A stretch of DNA of 64,000 nucleotides from Octopus vulgaris (GCA_951406725.2 OX597819.1:48732001-48796000), one strand, 5' to 3'. Shown: positions 1 through 12,076, numbered from the stretch's first letter. The notes: a model not told the origin generated them from the sequence alone. Made by a program: numbers and translations.

Positions 1-135
1 TATTAAGGATGCCTTCCTTTTACCTTTTTCTTTCACTTGTTTTAGTTATTAGACTCTAGCCATGCTGGGGTACTGCGCTGAAGAATTTTTAGCTGAATGG
101 ATTAATTTACATTATTTACATTATTTACATTTGAT

Positions 136-306
136 GCATACGGTGTAGTCGTTAAGAGCGTGGGCTACTAACCTCAAGATTCTGAGCTCGTTTCCAGGCA
201 GTGACCTGAATAATAATAATAATAGCCCGTGGGCATATGGTGTAGTCATTAAGAGAGTGAGCTACTAAACCCAAGATTCCAAGTTCGATTCCAGGCAGTG
301 ATTTGA
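136..306 (+). mobile_element. Two tandem tRNA-like SINE heads (136-208, 231-306), each followed by (AAT)n
   Basis: GGTGTAGTCGTTAAGAGC A-box-like and GTTCGATTCC B box; the two copies are clearly similar; no complete cloverleaf or acceptor stem. Confidence 0.7.
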
Positions 307-336
307 ATAATAATAATAATAATAATAATAATGATG

Positions 337-404
<68 letters not shown>

Positions 405-406
405 TA

Positions 407-449
<43 letters not shown>

Positions 450-468
450 CGATGACGATGATGATGAT
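306..468. repeat. (AAT)n(GAT)n compound microsatellite
   Basis: Directly visible. Confidence 0.97.
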
Positions 469-1351
469 GTTGCTATTGTTAACATATGCTATGTTAACAA
501 CAAACAAGATATCTGTCAAATGTGAATAATGTAAATAATGTAAATAATGTACATAATTCCTCATCTCTTAAATATAGAACTGAATGAATTAACCCTAGTA
601 CTTCATTTTCTTTTTAAGCCTAGTACTTACTCTATTAGTCTCTTTTGCCAAACTGCTATGTTACAGGGTCGTAAACATAACAACACTGATATGTATGTAT
701 GCAAAAATGCATACATACATATATATATATTTGACGGGCTTCTTTTAGTTTCTGTCTAGCAAATCCACTCAAGGCTTTGGTTGGCCTGAGGCTTCAGTAG
801 AAGGTGTCACGCAGTGGGACTGAACCTGGAACCATGTGGTTGGGAAGCAAGCTTCATACCACACAGCCATGCATATTTATTTATATTTATGTTTATATGA
901 GAAAGTGGATATGTCTGTTTGGACATGTGTGTTTGAATGTTTATAAAATCTATAGATTCATATACACGCATACTCATACACATACACACACATGTAAACA
1001 CACACATTCACACTCTGATGTTCATTCATTTATATATGTATTCTACACATGTATTCATGTCTTTATCTAAATATGAGTAAAGAAATAGTTGTCCAAACAG
1101 TAAGACATATTTTCTTATAATCTATAAATCTAAATGCACATATACAGAGAGGGAGAGGGGGAGGGAGAGAGAGAGAGAGGGAGAGAGATGGGGAGGGAGA
1201 GAGAGAACAATAAATGCGAGCATATACATGTATATATGCACATACAGAATATATCTATATCACAATATCTTCTCAACCATGTTAATATATTTATATGTGT
1301 GTTTCTATGTATGTGAGTGTGTATATGTGTGTGTGTGTGTCTACAAATTTG

Positions 1352-1590
1352 ATAGCTGTCCACTCGTGACTGAATAATACCATCAATGACCATGAAGATC
1401 ATTGTACGCTCAAACAAATTTACACTTTACACTTTACACTTGCGGCTCCACTGGTGACTAATGAACCCAGCCCTTGGTAACCATACATGTCCACAGATAT
1501 TGCAGACCAAGCCTCTCCCCCATTCACTATACTGTCTTTGTGTTTTTGCACAGCTTACTTAAATTCTGCATGAAGCAAGAAAAATGTGTG
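1352..1590 (-). mobile_element. RTE LINE 3' end fragment (decayed C-terminal zinc finger plus 3' UTR)
   Basis: Minus-strand translation HAEFK*AVQKH...LVCNICGHVWLPRAGFISHQWS; similar to 17918-18130. Confidence 0.7.
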
Positions 1591-1754
1591 ACGATAGGTC
1601 TTTGTTGGATAGTGTCAATTACTGCATCATTTACAACCGACTTGTGGTTTTGAAGTTCATATAAGATATGTCCATGTGTGTGTGCGTGTGTGTATATAGG
1701 TTTGCATAGGTATGTGTGAGTGTGTTACTGTACATACACACACATATATATAGT

Positions 1755-1940
1755 TGAAATTTATAGGAAAACAAAAGACTAAGATAGGTGTATGAACAAC
1801 AAGCAAGTGTATTAGCTTGACGTTTCGGAAAATGAAAAAAAGTCTCTTACATTTTGAGCCTATGCTCTTCAACAGAAAGGAATAAGAGAAAATAAACAGG
1901 GAGAGAATCAAGAAAAACTTGTAGATTTAGTAGTCAAGCA
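1755..1940 (-). mobile_element. Penelope-like pseudo-LTR fragment with decayed minimal hammerhead-like motif
   Basis: Reverse complement of 1842-1879: cttt CTGTTGA A GAGC atag GCTC AAAA TG TA agag; related copy on + at 23030-23300. Confidence 0.45.
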
Positions 1941-1966
1941 TATATGTATGTATGCATGTATGTATA

Positions 1967-1996
1967 TACCCGGGCAACGCCGGGTATCTCTGCTAG
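1967..1996 (+). mobile_element. Helitron 3' terminus
   Basis: Hairpin TACCCGG-gcaacg-CCGGGTA followed shortly by CTAG|T; similar hairpin at 19205-19223. Confidence 0.65.
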
Positions 1997-1998
1997 TG

Positions 1999-2032
<34 letters not shown>

Positions 2033-2038
2033 TATATA

Positions 2039-2539
2039 CAAGGTTTCCTAGAATTAACTATTTCAATGAAATTGGACAATAATTTAGAAAACTGACTTTT
2101 ATTCATGTTTGTCATGTTTAATACATGTAAAAAGTGCATAAATTTGAAATTTTGTTTATAATTTTATGTTCATTCATGTTGGATTCCTCTTATCTGTCTA
2201 TGACAGCTTTTTTTTTTTTAGCTGCAATCATTTTCTCTGCCACCATCTCCAGGATAGAACAATAGTTTAGCTGAACTTTAAGAGCACATTCAGTTAGTAG
2301 TGCAGGAGATAACTCTAGAAATGCCTCAAAATGTGTTTCACAATACTAAAGATGGATCTGAAATTTTGCAGGGATACAGATGGAACACAGGTTGAGAATT
2401 TTCAATAAAGTTTTGATGTAAGATATATAAATCTGTTCGTTTTGGTATCATAATAAAGTAATAAACATGAAATTCTGTCAGTTTTTTCATAAATTTGTCT
2501 GATTTCATTGAAATAGATAGTTAATTCTGGGATACCCTG
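2039..2539. mobile_element. Tc1/mariner-type MITE (~500 bp)
   Basis: ~60-bp imperfect TIRs CA(A/G)GGT(T/A)TCC(T/C)AGAATTAACTAT..., flanked by TA on both sides. Confidence 0.8.
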
Positions 2540-2580
2540 TATATATGCATCAAGCCTAACTGTGTTTATCTGCTCCCCCC

Positions 2581-2613
<33 letters not shown>

Positions 2614-2620
2614 CATATAT

Positions 2621-3095
2621 TATGGTTGCCCCCTCGTTATCAAGTATGGCCATTGCACGAAGCTTGACTGTTACTGGTGCTGTGATCGAATGTGACTTTT
2701 TAGCCCAGCTAAAGATCTACAATGTCTTGTACAGAATTGGCAACTAAAACCTTTACCGGTAATAGCCAGCTGTAGTTGTAACTGGGCTTCATGTACCTTT
2801 GCATGTTGTTTAAGTCCTCCTGCCGAATTACACTCTCTTCCACATGCCCAACAGATATGATTAGTATGGTGTGTTACACCACCACCAGTGGCCAGGTTGT
2901 CACTCATCTGTCTCGCTTTATGACTACGAAGATGACTCTTGAGTCCAGCTTTATTGAGGCAGGGTCTTGCACAGACATTGCATGTCAGCATCAAAGGAAG
3001 ACCCTTCCCATCTGGAAGTGTAACAGCGATGCCCTTCCTGACATCCCTCCTTACTTTCTCATGTGCAACTCGAGATTTCTCAAAAGTGGCTGTCC
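2621..3095 (-). mobile_element. 5'-truncated RTE LINE 3' end encoding three tandem C2H2 zinc fingers (ORF remnant 2671-3093, still open)
   Basis: ATFEKSRVAHEKVRRDVRKG followed by CNVC..KSHLRSH, CWAC..KQHAKVH, CQFC..KSHIRSQH; short 3' UTR GGCCATACTTGATAACGAGGGGGCAACC; the ORF-track start is only (TG)n microsatellite. Confidence 0.7.
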
Positions 3096-3136
3096 AACAC
3101 ACACACATATACATACATACATATTATACATATATA

Positions 3137-3285
3137 TGATGGGCTTTTTTAGGTTTCTGTCTTTTAAATCCACTCACAAGGCATTGGCCAGTCTAAGCTA
3201 TAGCAGAAGACACTTACCCAGGGGCGCAGTGGGACTGAACCTGGAATGAAGTGGTTCAGAAGAAAATTTCTTACCACACAGCTAC
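3137..3285 (-). mobile_element. SINE A head
   Basis: Matches 43478-43636. Confidence 0.8.
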
Positions 3286-3862
3286 ATCACTAGCAAGCTA
3301 GCAGAATATGTATGCATGTAAATATGGTATGTATGTAAACATACATGTACATGCACACGTACAGACACAACACACATATCTAAGTTTGTGGGTGTGCAAA
3401 TGTGTGTAATATTTAAGGAGATGTGTACCTTGCCAACTCATTTATTTGGTATATGTATCATAGTTCTATCTTGTCTTTTTCATGCTTATCCCAATGTATA
3501 TCTGATACACAATACTTGATACCCAGTATGTAACTTTAGAAGCACATTTTTTTTTTATTGTCAGTATACTCTTGGCATTAACTGGTTGCATCAAAGGAAG
3601 ATATGTACTTGATTTCAAACAAAACTAAGCTTGTAACACACTTTTAGCTTATACTATTTTTTACGCTCACACACACACACATGCACGCACACACATCATG
3701 TCCTCCTCCTCCTCCTCATCGTTATCATTATGTTCCATACTGGCCTGTTAGGACTGTGTCGTGCTCCAACACCTGTCTTGTTTTTGCATGGTTTCTCAAG
3801 CTGGATACACTGAGAGAAAGGGTGGGAGACTGATATACATAAATAAATATATGTATACATAC

Positions 3863-3938
<76 letters not shown>

Positions 3939-3947
3939 ATATATATA

Positions 3948-4052
3948 GAGGCGCAATGGCCTAGTGGTTAGGGCAGCGGACTCGCAGTCGCAGGATCGCG
4001 GTTTCGATTCTCAGACTGGGCGTTGTGTGTGTTTATTGAGCGAAAACACCTA
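3948..4052 (+). mobile_element. SINE family C tRNA-derived head (3'-truncated)
   Basis: TGGCCTAGTGG A box, GTTTCGATTC B box; matches 27843-27945. Confidence 0.8.
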
Positions 4053-4058
4053 AAAAAA

Positions 4059-5100
4059 TATAAATGGAGTTAAACGCAGGTGGTATTCTAATTCTTTTAC
4101 TTCCAACACATGTTTCAAAGATATCACTGGTATCATTCCAAAGGTTATAGTTACCCTGGTAGCAAAAAATCTATTTATCTATTTTTTCCATGTGAATTGT
4201 TAACAAGGGAAAAATACACACATCTATCTATCTGTCTATCTATGTATCTATTTATCTATCTATCTATTTATCTCTCTCTCTATCTATCTATCTATATCTA
4301 TATATATATATATATCCATATATATATAGTGCCGGTGGCACACAAGAAATCTATCCGAACGTGGCCGTAGTCAGTACCGCATCGACTGGCCTCCGTGCTG
4401 TGGGCACATAACAAACACCATCCGATCGTGGCCGTTCGCCAGCCTCCATCTGGCACCTATGTCGGTGGCACATAAAAACACCATCCGAAGACCCGGCAAG
4501 ACTAGTCAGGCCATAACTCGTGGCCCTTACCTGGGACGTAGTCAGTCCACCTGTGCTTACCTTCCTTCTTGTGACACTTGTGAAGACCTGTTGAGGCGAG
4601 TGAAAATCAAAACAAATCAAAATAGATGAACATCAATGGAATCTGTATCTTTGTGGCACGTGGCACACAAGAAAACCATCCGAACGTGGCCGTAGCCAGT
4701 ACCGCATCAACTGGCCTCCGTGCTGTGGGCACGTAACAAACACCATCCGATCGTGGCCGTTTGCCAGCCTCATCTGGCACCTGTGTCGGTGGCACATAAA
4801 AACACCATCCGAGCGTGGCCGTCTGCCAGCCTCGTCTGGCACCTGTGTCGGTGGCACATAAAAAACACCATCCGAGCGTGGCGTTTGCCAGCCTCGTCTG
4901 GCACCTGTGTCGGTGGCACATAAAATCACCCACTACACTCTCGGAGTGATTGGCGTTAGGAAGGGCATCCAGCTGTAGAAACACTGCCAGATCTGACTGG
5001 ACTGGTGCAGCTTTCGGGCTCCCCAGACCCCAGTTGAACGGTCCAACCCATGCTAGCATGGAAAGCGGACGTTAAATGATGATGATGATGACATATATAT

Positions 5101-5148
<48 letters not shown>

Positions 5149-5211
5149 ATATGTATAAATGGAGTTACATGCAGGTGTTATTCAAATTCTTTTACTTCCA
5201 ACACATGTTTC
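4059..5211. repeat. ~58-bp direct repeat pair (4059-4116 and 5154-5211)
   Basis: TAAATGGAGTTA...CTTTTACTTCCAACACATGTTTC occurs twice with about 4 mismatches. Confidence 0.85.
4329..5090 (+). mobile_element. RTE LINE 3' UTR copy with ~62-bp tandem units, internally rearranged
   Basis: Units at 4329-4487 and 4660-4930; ORF-end-like GAAGACCCGGCAAG at ~4488; tail CCCATGCTAGCATGGAAAGCGGACGTTAAA(TGA)n; homologous to 58680-59302. Confidence 0.85.
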
Positions 5212-5610
5212 TTGTATCCCTGTCGTAAGGTTTTACTTCCACATACGCCACCTTAATTTAATTTGACCTTAGTCGAAAGACATCTGTTGTTGTGTCCTGT
5301 CATTTGTATTTGTGTAACTTTCTCTGTTTTTTTTCTGCCCTTGTTTTCGTATACATTCGCTGTTTTCTTCCTTTCTTCCAAGGAATCTAATGCTCTTAGT
5401 TTTTTCTTGGCGTTGGCCACATTGGAGCAATCTCGAATATAACCAGCCGAAATTGCAAAGATAATCTGGAACTCGACTGAGGAAAGAAAACTCCGAATGA
5501 CCCGTCTTTGTTTTCTTTGTATCGTCGATCTGGATGTTTTGTTGTCAGTTTCTTGTATCACCTAACTGTCAGGTTGTTTTGCATTCTTGTCCCATTTTGT
5601 AATTTTTTAA
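5212..5610 (+). repeat. Unclassified interspersed repeat (LTR/pLTR-like); related copy on - at 24240-24590
   Basis: Shared blocks TTCGTATACATTCG, CAGCCGAAATTGC, GACTGAnGA..CGAATGAYCCGTC, TTCTTGTCCCA. Confidence 0.6.
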
Positions 5611-6315
5611 TAAATATATGCACATAAATAGATACACATATAATCCTTTAGGACAGTTTTCATTTCTCCTTCACATTACCCATTTTTGTCTAGTCTTGTA
5701 GCCCCAAGGCTTTACGTTGTATATGTATTATCATTATTAATTGTTGTCGTCGTGTGGCCCTAAGCCTTTATTCTGTTGATTGTTTTCTCCCCTGTTCATC
5801 CACAAATGGTTTCATCTTGAGCCCGTTTCATTTTATTTGTTATGCTTAGGCCCCATTCCCAGGAAGTTTCTTGTTGGTGCCTCCAGAATGGAAGCAATAT
5901 TACTGATAATGGCTGAAATTGTATTTGACCCTCTGGCCGATAACTGATAAACTATTGGTGACCTGTCCTTCTGTGTTTTCTCTCTGTCAATGCATTTAGT
6001 ATATGTTCGTTTGTTTATTTACTATATGTTTTTTTAATTATATAGATAGGTAGGTCATATTTTCCATTTATCTTTTTATTTAATCCTGAAATATATATAT
6101 TTATATATATATATATATAATTATACACACACACACACACATGTGCATATATACACACACACATGCGCATACACTCACACACACATATACATAGATATAT
6201 ATGTAAAAACATATACATATATTCATATATACACATACTTAACATATATATGTATATATATATGCATATGTATATTACACACACATATATATACATATGC
6301 ATGCATGTAAGTATG

Positions 6316-6368
<53 letters not shown>

Positions 6369-7117
6369 AACATATATATTGCATATATATATATATATAT
6401 ATATATGCATACATATGTGTACAAGTTTCTGTATGTATGTGTGTGTGGTTTGTGTATATGATGGATTTTCATGTGGTTTACATCCACCAGTTTCACTCAC
6501 AAGGCATTGGTTAGTAGGAGACACCTGCCTCGTTGGATGGAATCCGAAACCACTTGCTTCTAAACTGAACTCTACAATCACACAGTCATGCTTGTGCATA
6601 CATACATAATACATACGTATGAAAATATACATATATTTACACACACACACACACAATAATGGTAGTATATTAAATGTCAAGGACATAAAAATTTCTGACT
6701 AGAGAAAATTATATTGTGAGAGTAAAAAACAAAACAATATTAGTCACTAATTAGTGTTTTGTTCCTCCCTATACTAAATATGTTAACACCAACTTAAATA
6801 TTGTTTTTTACACCAAAAATATATTTTATCGTTCATATACTTCATTTTTTTTTCCTCTCAACCTAGGCAAGTATTATTGTGCCTACAATTTACTGAGGAG
6901 GTCAGGACTTATAAGACCAAATCATGTTTGAAGTTTTTTCTTGAGCTTGCAAAAATAAAAATAAAAATTCAAAATATTATTATTATTCTCCTTCAAGCAG
7001 GTACAACAAAGATGCATTTTCCTAGAGTCAAAGCTTAATGTTGTTTTGTACCAAATAATTTTTCCTAGCAAGCATTTTAATTCTCATAACATTAAAGATA
7101 TCCACATTAAAGGTATG

Positions 7118-7550
7118 CAGTGATATACCTCTGGAAAATCCTGGAATGACTTGTACTACACTTTGGCATTGAAATAACACAATGCCAGTGCATAAGGATT
7201 CCAGCATTGCCATTAAAATACAGGACTAGATATTGCAATAGCTTGGGTTTCGAGGGCCCACAGCTTTTCAGTATCCTCCTCAAGAACCTGAGAGTTTCAA
7301 TATCCTCCCCAAGAACCCAAGAGCATTGTGTGGATGAAAGTATCTTCAAAACAAAGCTGGGTCTCCTCTTGTCAAAGATTCTGGATGCGTCTGTATCACA
7401 GCAGGAAACATAGTTGAAGGTTGCAGCATCAAAACTCCCTCATTTACCAAATGTCGCATATCAGAGAAGATTTCAAGTAGTGGGGGTTTAGCAAAGCTAA
7501 TAGTGGTACCCCAGCATGGCCACAGCCCTTGAGCTGAAACTAGTTAAAGA
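7118..7550 (+). mobile_element. APE-type LINE 3' end (CR1/L2-like group, clade uncertain), decayed
   Basis: RYAVIYLWKILE..NSLGFEGPQLFSIL..FKTKLGLLLSKILD..AASNSLIYQM; terminal CCCCAGCATGGCCACAG..CTGAAAC. Confidence 0.7.
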
Positions 7551-8159
7551 GTTATTAACTTAACTATTTTTGTTCTATGCAGATGGCATCTAAGAATAAT
7601 GTATTCTCTAGACATTTATATGACATAGTTGATTTGGTGCAATAGTGACATTATTCTTATTTTTGTATTCGGGATATTTACTCATTTTCTTTAATGTTTT
7701 AGATCATTATCTATAACTTCAAAACCAAATGAAGTTTATGGAACATCTGCCCTTTGATAACAAAGAAGATCCTGTATTTTTTTTTTTTTTTTGACTAAAG
7801 CAGACAGCATGAAGCATGTGTTAGAAGTATGCCATAATACAGTTTAGAGGACAAAGAGAATCTTCTTCATTCAGAACGTAAGATGTGTAATGTATGAGAC
7901 CAAAGCATGGCTTGAAAATATAAATAGTAATGACAAAGTACTTGCAAATAGTTGGATGAATGAGGTGAATATAATATGGCTTGCTTGAGGTGTGTAATAT
8001 TAATCTTGAAGATAATGTTTTAATGTGTAAAGAAAGTGTTTAAAAATTTGGGAAACATTTTGTGAGACGATTGAAAATAAAAGAAACTGTAATGTACGAT
8101 GATAAAAGGTGTGGAATGGTGTTTTACAGAGTAAACATATAATCGTCATTGTTGTTGTC

Positions 8160-8470
8160 ATCATCATCATCATCAATGTCATCATCATCAGCATCATTTA
8201 ACATCCATCTTCCATGGTGGCATGGGTTGGACAGTTTGACAGGAGCTGGCAAACCAGAGGACTGCACCTAGCTTCACTGTCTGTTTTTACAGCTAGATGC
8301 CCTACCTAATGCCAACCACATTACAGAGTGGACTGGGTACCTTTTATGTGGCACCGACACTGGTGAAAAATGTTTTGGTATAGTTTTCATGGCTGAATGC
8401 CCTTCATAATGCCAACCACTTTACAAAATGGATTGGGTGCCTTATATGCAGCATCAGCTCTGGTGAGATT
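8160..8470 (-). mobile_element. RTE 3' UTR-type repeat, truncated
   Basis: (CAT)n, TTTAACATCC..TTCCATG, GATGCCCT..CTAATGCCAACCAC block present twice. Confidence 0.75.
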
Positions 8471-8739
8471 AAAGAAAACCTAGAAGAAAGGAAATTATGA
8501 TGATTTTTTTTTATAAATGACAGTTTTAACATATCTAAAATTTATCTAAAAGAAAATTTCTTAAAATTGGGAATAATGATCAAAATGGTGAAATGTCTAT
8601 TACGTCGTGCAGAAGTTTTTTTTTTGTTTGTGTCAACAGTGGTGGTGCCCCAGCATGGCCGCGGGCTTCGGGCTAAAACATTTTTAAGGATTTTTTTTAA
8701 GGATGATAATAAATAAATCTCTCTGTGTGTCTGTGTCAG

Positions 8740-9260
8740 CATTCCACCAACCCCACATACTATTACTTGTATCATCATCACTGTTGTTGTCATCTTCATC
8801 ATCATCATTAACATCAACACTGCCACCACCAATATCACCATTATTAACAACTACAGCAACATAGCTACCACCACTATCACTATCATCACTATCATTATCA
8901 ACAACTACACTACTGCTGCCTCTATCATCATCATCATCATCATCAACAACATCAACATTGCTACCACCACAACCATCATCACATTCACCTCTATGAGCAG
9001 CAGCAGCAACAGCACCATCACTATGATCATCGTCACTGTCATCAACAGCAACACTGCCACTACCACTATCATCATCATCATTACTGCCACCACTACCACC
9101 ACCACCAACAACAACAACAACAACAATGTCGCCACCGCAACCACCATCATCATCGTCATCATCATCAATGAAGACACTGACAGCAACCACCACCACTGTT
9201 GTCATCGTCATCATCATTGTGATCATTGTCAATGCCACTGTTGTGATCATCACTGTGGTT
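8740..9260. repeat. Mixed CAN trinucleotide low-complexity tract
   Basis: CAT/CAC/CAA/CAG runs. Confidence 0.9.
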
Positions 9261-9621
9261 TTGTGCCCTTTTTCCATGCTGAGTTGGGTTCTTAGATAAC
9301 TCTATTGTAACCTTTTATAAACTGTCACACACAACATTGAGGGAAAAACTAAAGAAAGGCCATTAATTTCTTCTCTTGTTGTGTGACAAGCTTCTTACTT
9401 CTGGTTTTCATGGTTGACTGATCTTCCTATGCCAACTACTTTACAGCATCAACCAGATGCATTTTATCATGTCACCTGCACAAGAGAGATCTATTTTTGT
9501 TCTTTTAATTCTTTTACTTGTTCCAGTCATTGGACTGCAGTCATGCTTGAATCACAAACTTGAAGAGTTTAGTCAAATAAATGGCCTCCTGTACTTATTT
9601 TTAAAAGTCTGTTATTTATAT

Positions 9622-9785
9622 AGGTGCAGAAGTGGCTGTGTGGTAAGAAGCTTGCTTCCCAACCACATGGTTCCGGGTTCAATCCCACTGCATAGCACTT
9701 CAGGCAAATGTCTTCTACTATATCCCCAGGCTGACCAAAGTCTTGTGAGTGGCTTTGGTAGACGGAAACTGAAAGAAGCCCGTTG
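9622..9785 (+). mobile_element. SINE A head
   Basis: GTGGCTGTGTGGTAAGAAGCTTGCTTCCCAACCACATGGTTCCGGGTTCAATCCC. Confidence 0.85.
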
Positions 9786-9789
9786 TTTC

Positions 9790-10075
9790 ATCATCATCAT
9801 CACCATCATCATTGATTAATATCCATCTTCCATGCTAGCATGGGTGGGATGGTTCCACAAGAGCTAGCCAAACCAAAGCCTGCACCGGACTTCTGTAACT
9901 GTTTTGGCAAGATTTTTACAGCTGGATGCCCTTCCTAATAACAACCATTCAGCAGAGTGGACTTAGTGCTTTTAATGTGGAACGAGCACAGGCAAGGTGA
10001 GTTTTGGAAAGGTTTTTACGGCTGGATACCCTTTCGAACACCAACTACTTTACTGTGTCGACTGGGTGTTTTTAA
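9790..10075 (-). mobile_element. RTE 3' UTR-type repeat, truncated
   Basis: Same tail motifs as 8160-8470. Confidence 0.7.
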
Positions 10076-10082
10076 GTGTATC

Positions 10083-10116
<34 letters not shown>

Positions 10117-10240
10117 TATATACATGTGTATATATATATATAGTTTACACTTTATTTATTTATGGACGCTAAATGATGATGATGATGATGATGATATATA
10201 CACATATATATATGTGTATACATACATACATACATATATT

Positions 10241-10803
10241 CGAAATCGAACCAAATTTGATGACTTGCACCCATGCCAATCTCCCTTCATTGGACACTAA
10301 ACTCTGCTTGCGAAGACCTGTTGGGGCAAGGGAAATCGAAATTGAACCAAATTCGATGTCTGGCGCCCGTGTCAGTGGAGCGCTACCAGCTCCATCCGAG
10401 CAGGATCACTGCCAGAGCAGCTGTCTGGCTCACGTGCCGGTAGGTACGTAAAAAGCACCATCTGAGCGAGATCGTTACCAGCGTCACCTCAATGGCACAT
10501 GAACAAAACGTTTAAGCGAGGTCGTTGCCAGTGCCACTGGAATGACTCCAGTGCAGGTGGCACATAAAAAACACCATTTCGAGTGTGGCCGTTGCCAGTA
10601 CCACCAGACTGGCCCTCATGCAGGTGGCACGTAAAAGCAGCCACTACACTCTCGGAATGGTTGGCATTAAGAAGGGCATCAAGCTGTAGAAACTCTGCCA
10701 GATCAAGATTGCAGCCTGGTGCAGCCATCTGGTTCGCCAGTCCTCAGTCAAATCGACCAACCCATGCTAGCATGGAAAGCGGACGTTAAAAGATGATGAT
10801 GAT
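10241..10803 (+). mobile_element. RTE LINE 3' UTR copy with ~5 diverged tandem units
   Basis: Collinear with 58750-59302. Confidence 0.85.
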
Positions 10804-10813
10804 ATGTATATAT

Positions 10814-10845
<32 letters not shown>

Positions 10846-11057
10846 GTATATACATATATATACATATATATGCATATATATAATATTAGGGAGTATAACT
10901 ACAAACTTACAGGGAAAAATTCAATTTAGTATTAAATCAATTTTCACAGTATAAATATATAAAATATGAATTAGAGATAAAACCACTATTATGCAACTCA
11001 AACAATGATAGATATAAACCAATACATAAATAACAAATAATATATATAATTAATATA

Positions 11058-11105
<48 letters not shown>

Positions 11106-11106
11106 C

Positions 11107-11139
<33 letters not shown>

Positions 11140-11153
11140 ATATATATATATAT

Positions 11154-11214
<61 letters not shown>

Positions 11215-11261
11215 CAAAAAGTATAAAATGAATGATAAATATAATATAATAAGTAAAAACA

Positions 11262-12033
11262 CTAAGTACTGATTCTGATGTTGGCTTCCTGATGGAGTAT
11301 GCCAGGTGATGCCAAGGCCTTGAATAAAATCATCCAGGGGGAGGACCAGTTCTATCTTGGGTGCCTTCTGCCAACTGTAGCAGCTACTGTCATGAAGTTG
11401 AAGGAGGCCAAGTTGAAAATCTCCTGTACTGCAGTCCTCTGCAAAAAGTTTGGGGCTCCTCCTAGAATACCTGGAGTACCAGCTGGCCACTGCCTCTACC
11501 CCAAGTTTTGCCTGTTCTGGCTGGAGCAATATAATAACAGCCAGGTTAGCAGAGTAATGAATACCATGGAGACCAATGAGGAGGGCAGTAGTACCATCAG
11601 TAATTAGGATGAGGAAGATGATTTCTTCAGCAACATCACTCGGTTCCAGGAAAGCAGGATCCACAGGTCACTAAAATCTGAGGTGCAGAAATTGGTGAAG
11701 ATCTCGCTGAAGGAGGTCCTAACTGAACTCGCATTTTTGGGTGAGCAGGTCATGATTGACCTGATCACCAAATATAACACTGCCATTCCATCCAGTGCTG
11801 CAGTTGAGCACCTGTTCTATAAGCAAAGATATTTTGAGGGCCAAGAGAGCCACCCTGTCAGATGGTAACTTTAAGAGGCTGATGTTTATGAAGGGCAACC
11901 AGCATCACATCAAGGCGATTGAAAAGGCCCAACCAGAGTAGTACACATTGACCATCATCTGATCTTGGCATGTTTTTTTAGTTAGTGGATTAGCAGTTGG
12001 CGAAACTAACTTTTTCGTTAGTTGTGCCCACCA

Positions 12034-12036
<3 letters not shown>
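11262..12036 (+). mobile_element. hAT transposon 3' half, frameshifted transposase remnant
   Basis: KYNTAIPSSAAVEHLF..KRATLSDGNFKRLMFMK (hAT dimerisation motif); ends in TGCCCACCACTG TIR-like sequence. Confidence 0.8.

Positions 12037-12076
<40 letters not shown>

Larger units (their letters stand above)
28..871 (-). mobile_element. SINE family A (tRNA-derived head, CORE-like segment, internal microsatellite, LINE-like tail), interrupted by an insertion at 106-579
   Basis: Tail at 28-105 and 580-690, head at 733-871 (reverse complement has A box TGGCTGTGTGG and B box GGTTCAGTCCC); collinear with the intact copy at 43226-43636. Confidence 0.8.

Noticed and set aside
136-306. Functional tRNA genes
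   Set aside because: A/B boxes present but no complete cloverleaf; followed by microsatellite; better explained as SINE heads
8542-9295. Poly-D/V/G/M ORFs
   Set aside because: CAN trinucleotide low-complexity DNA; no domain or splice support
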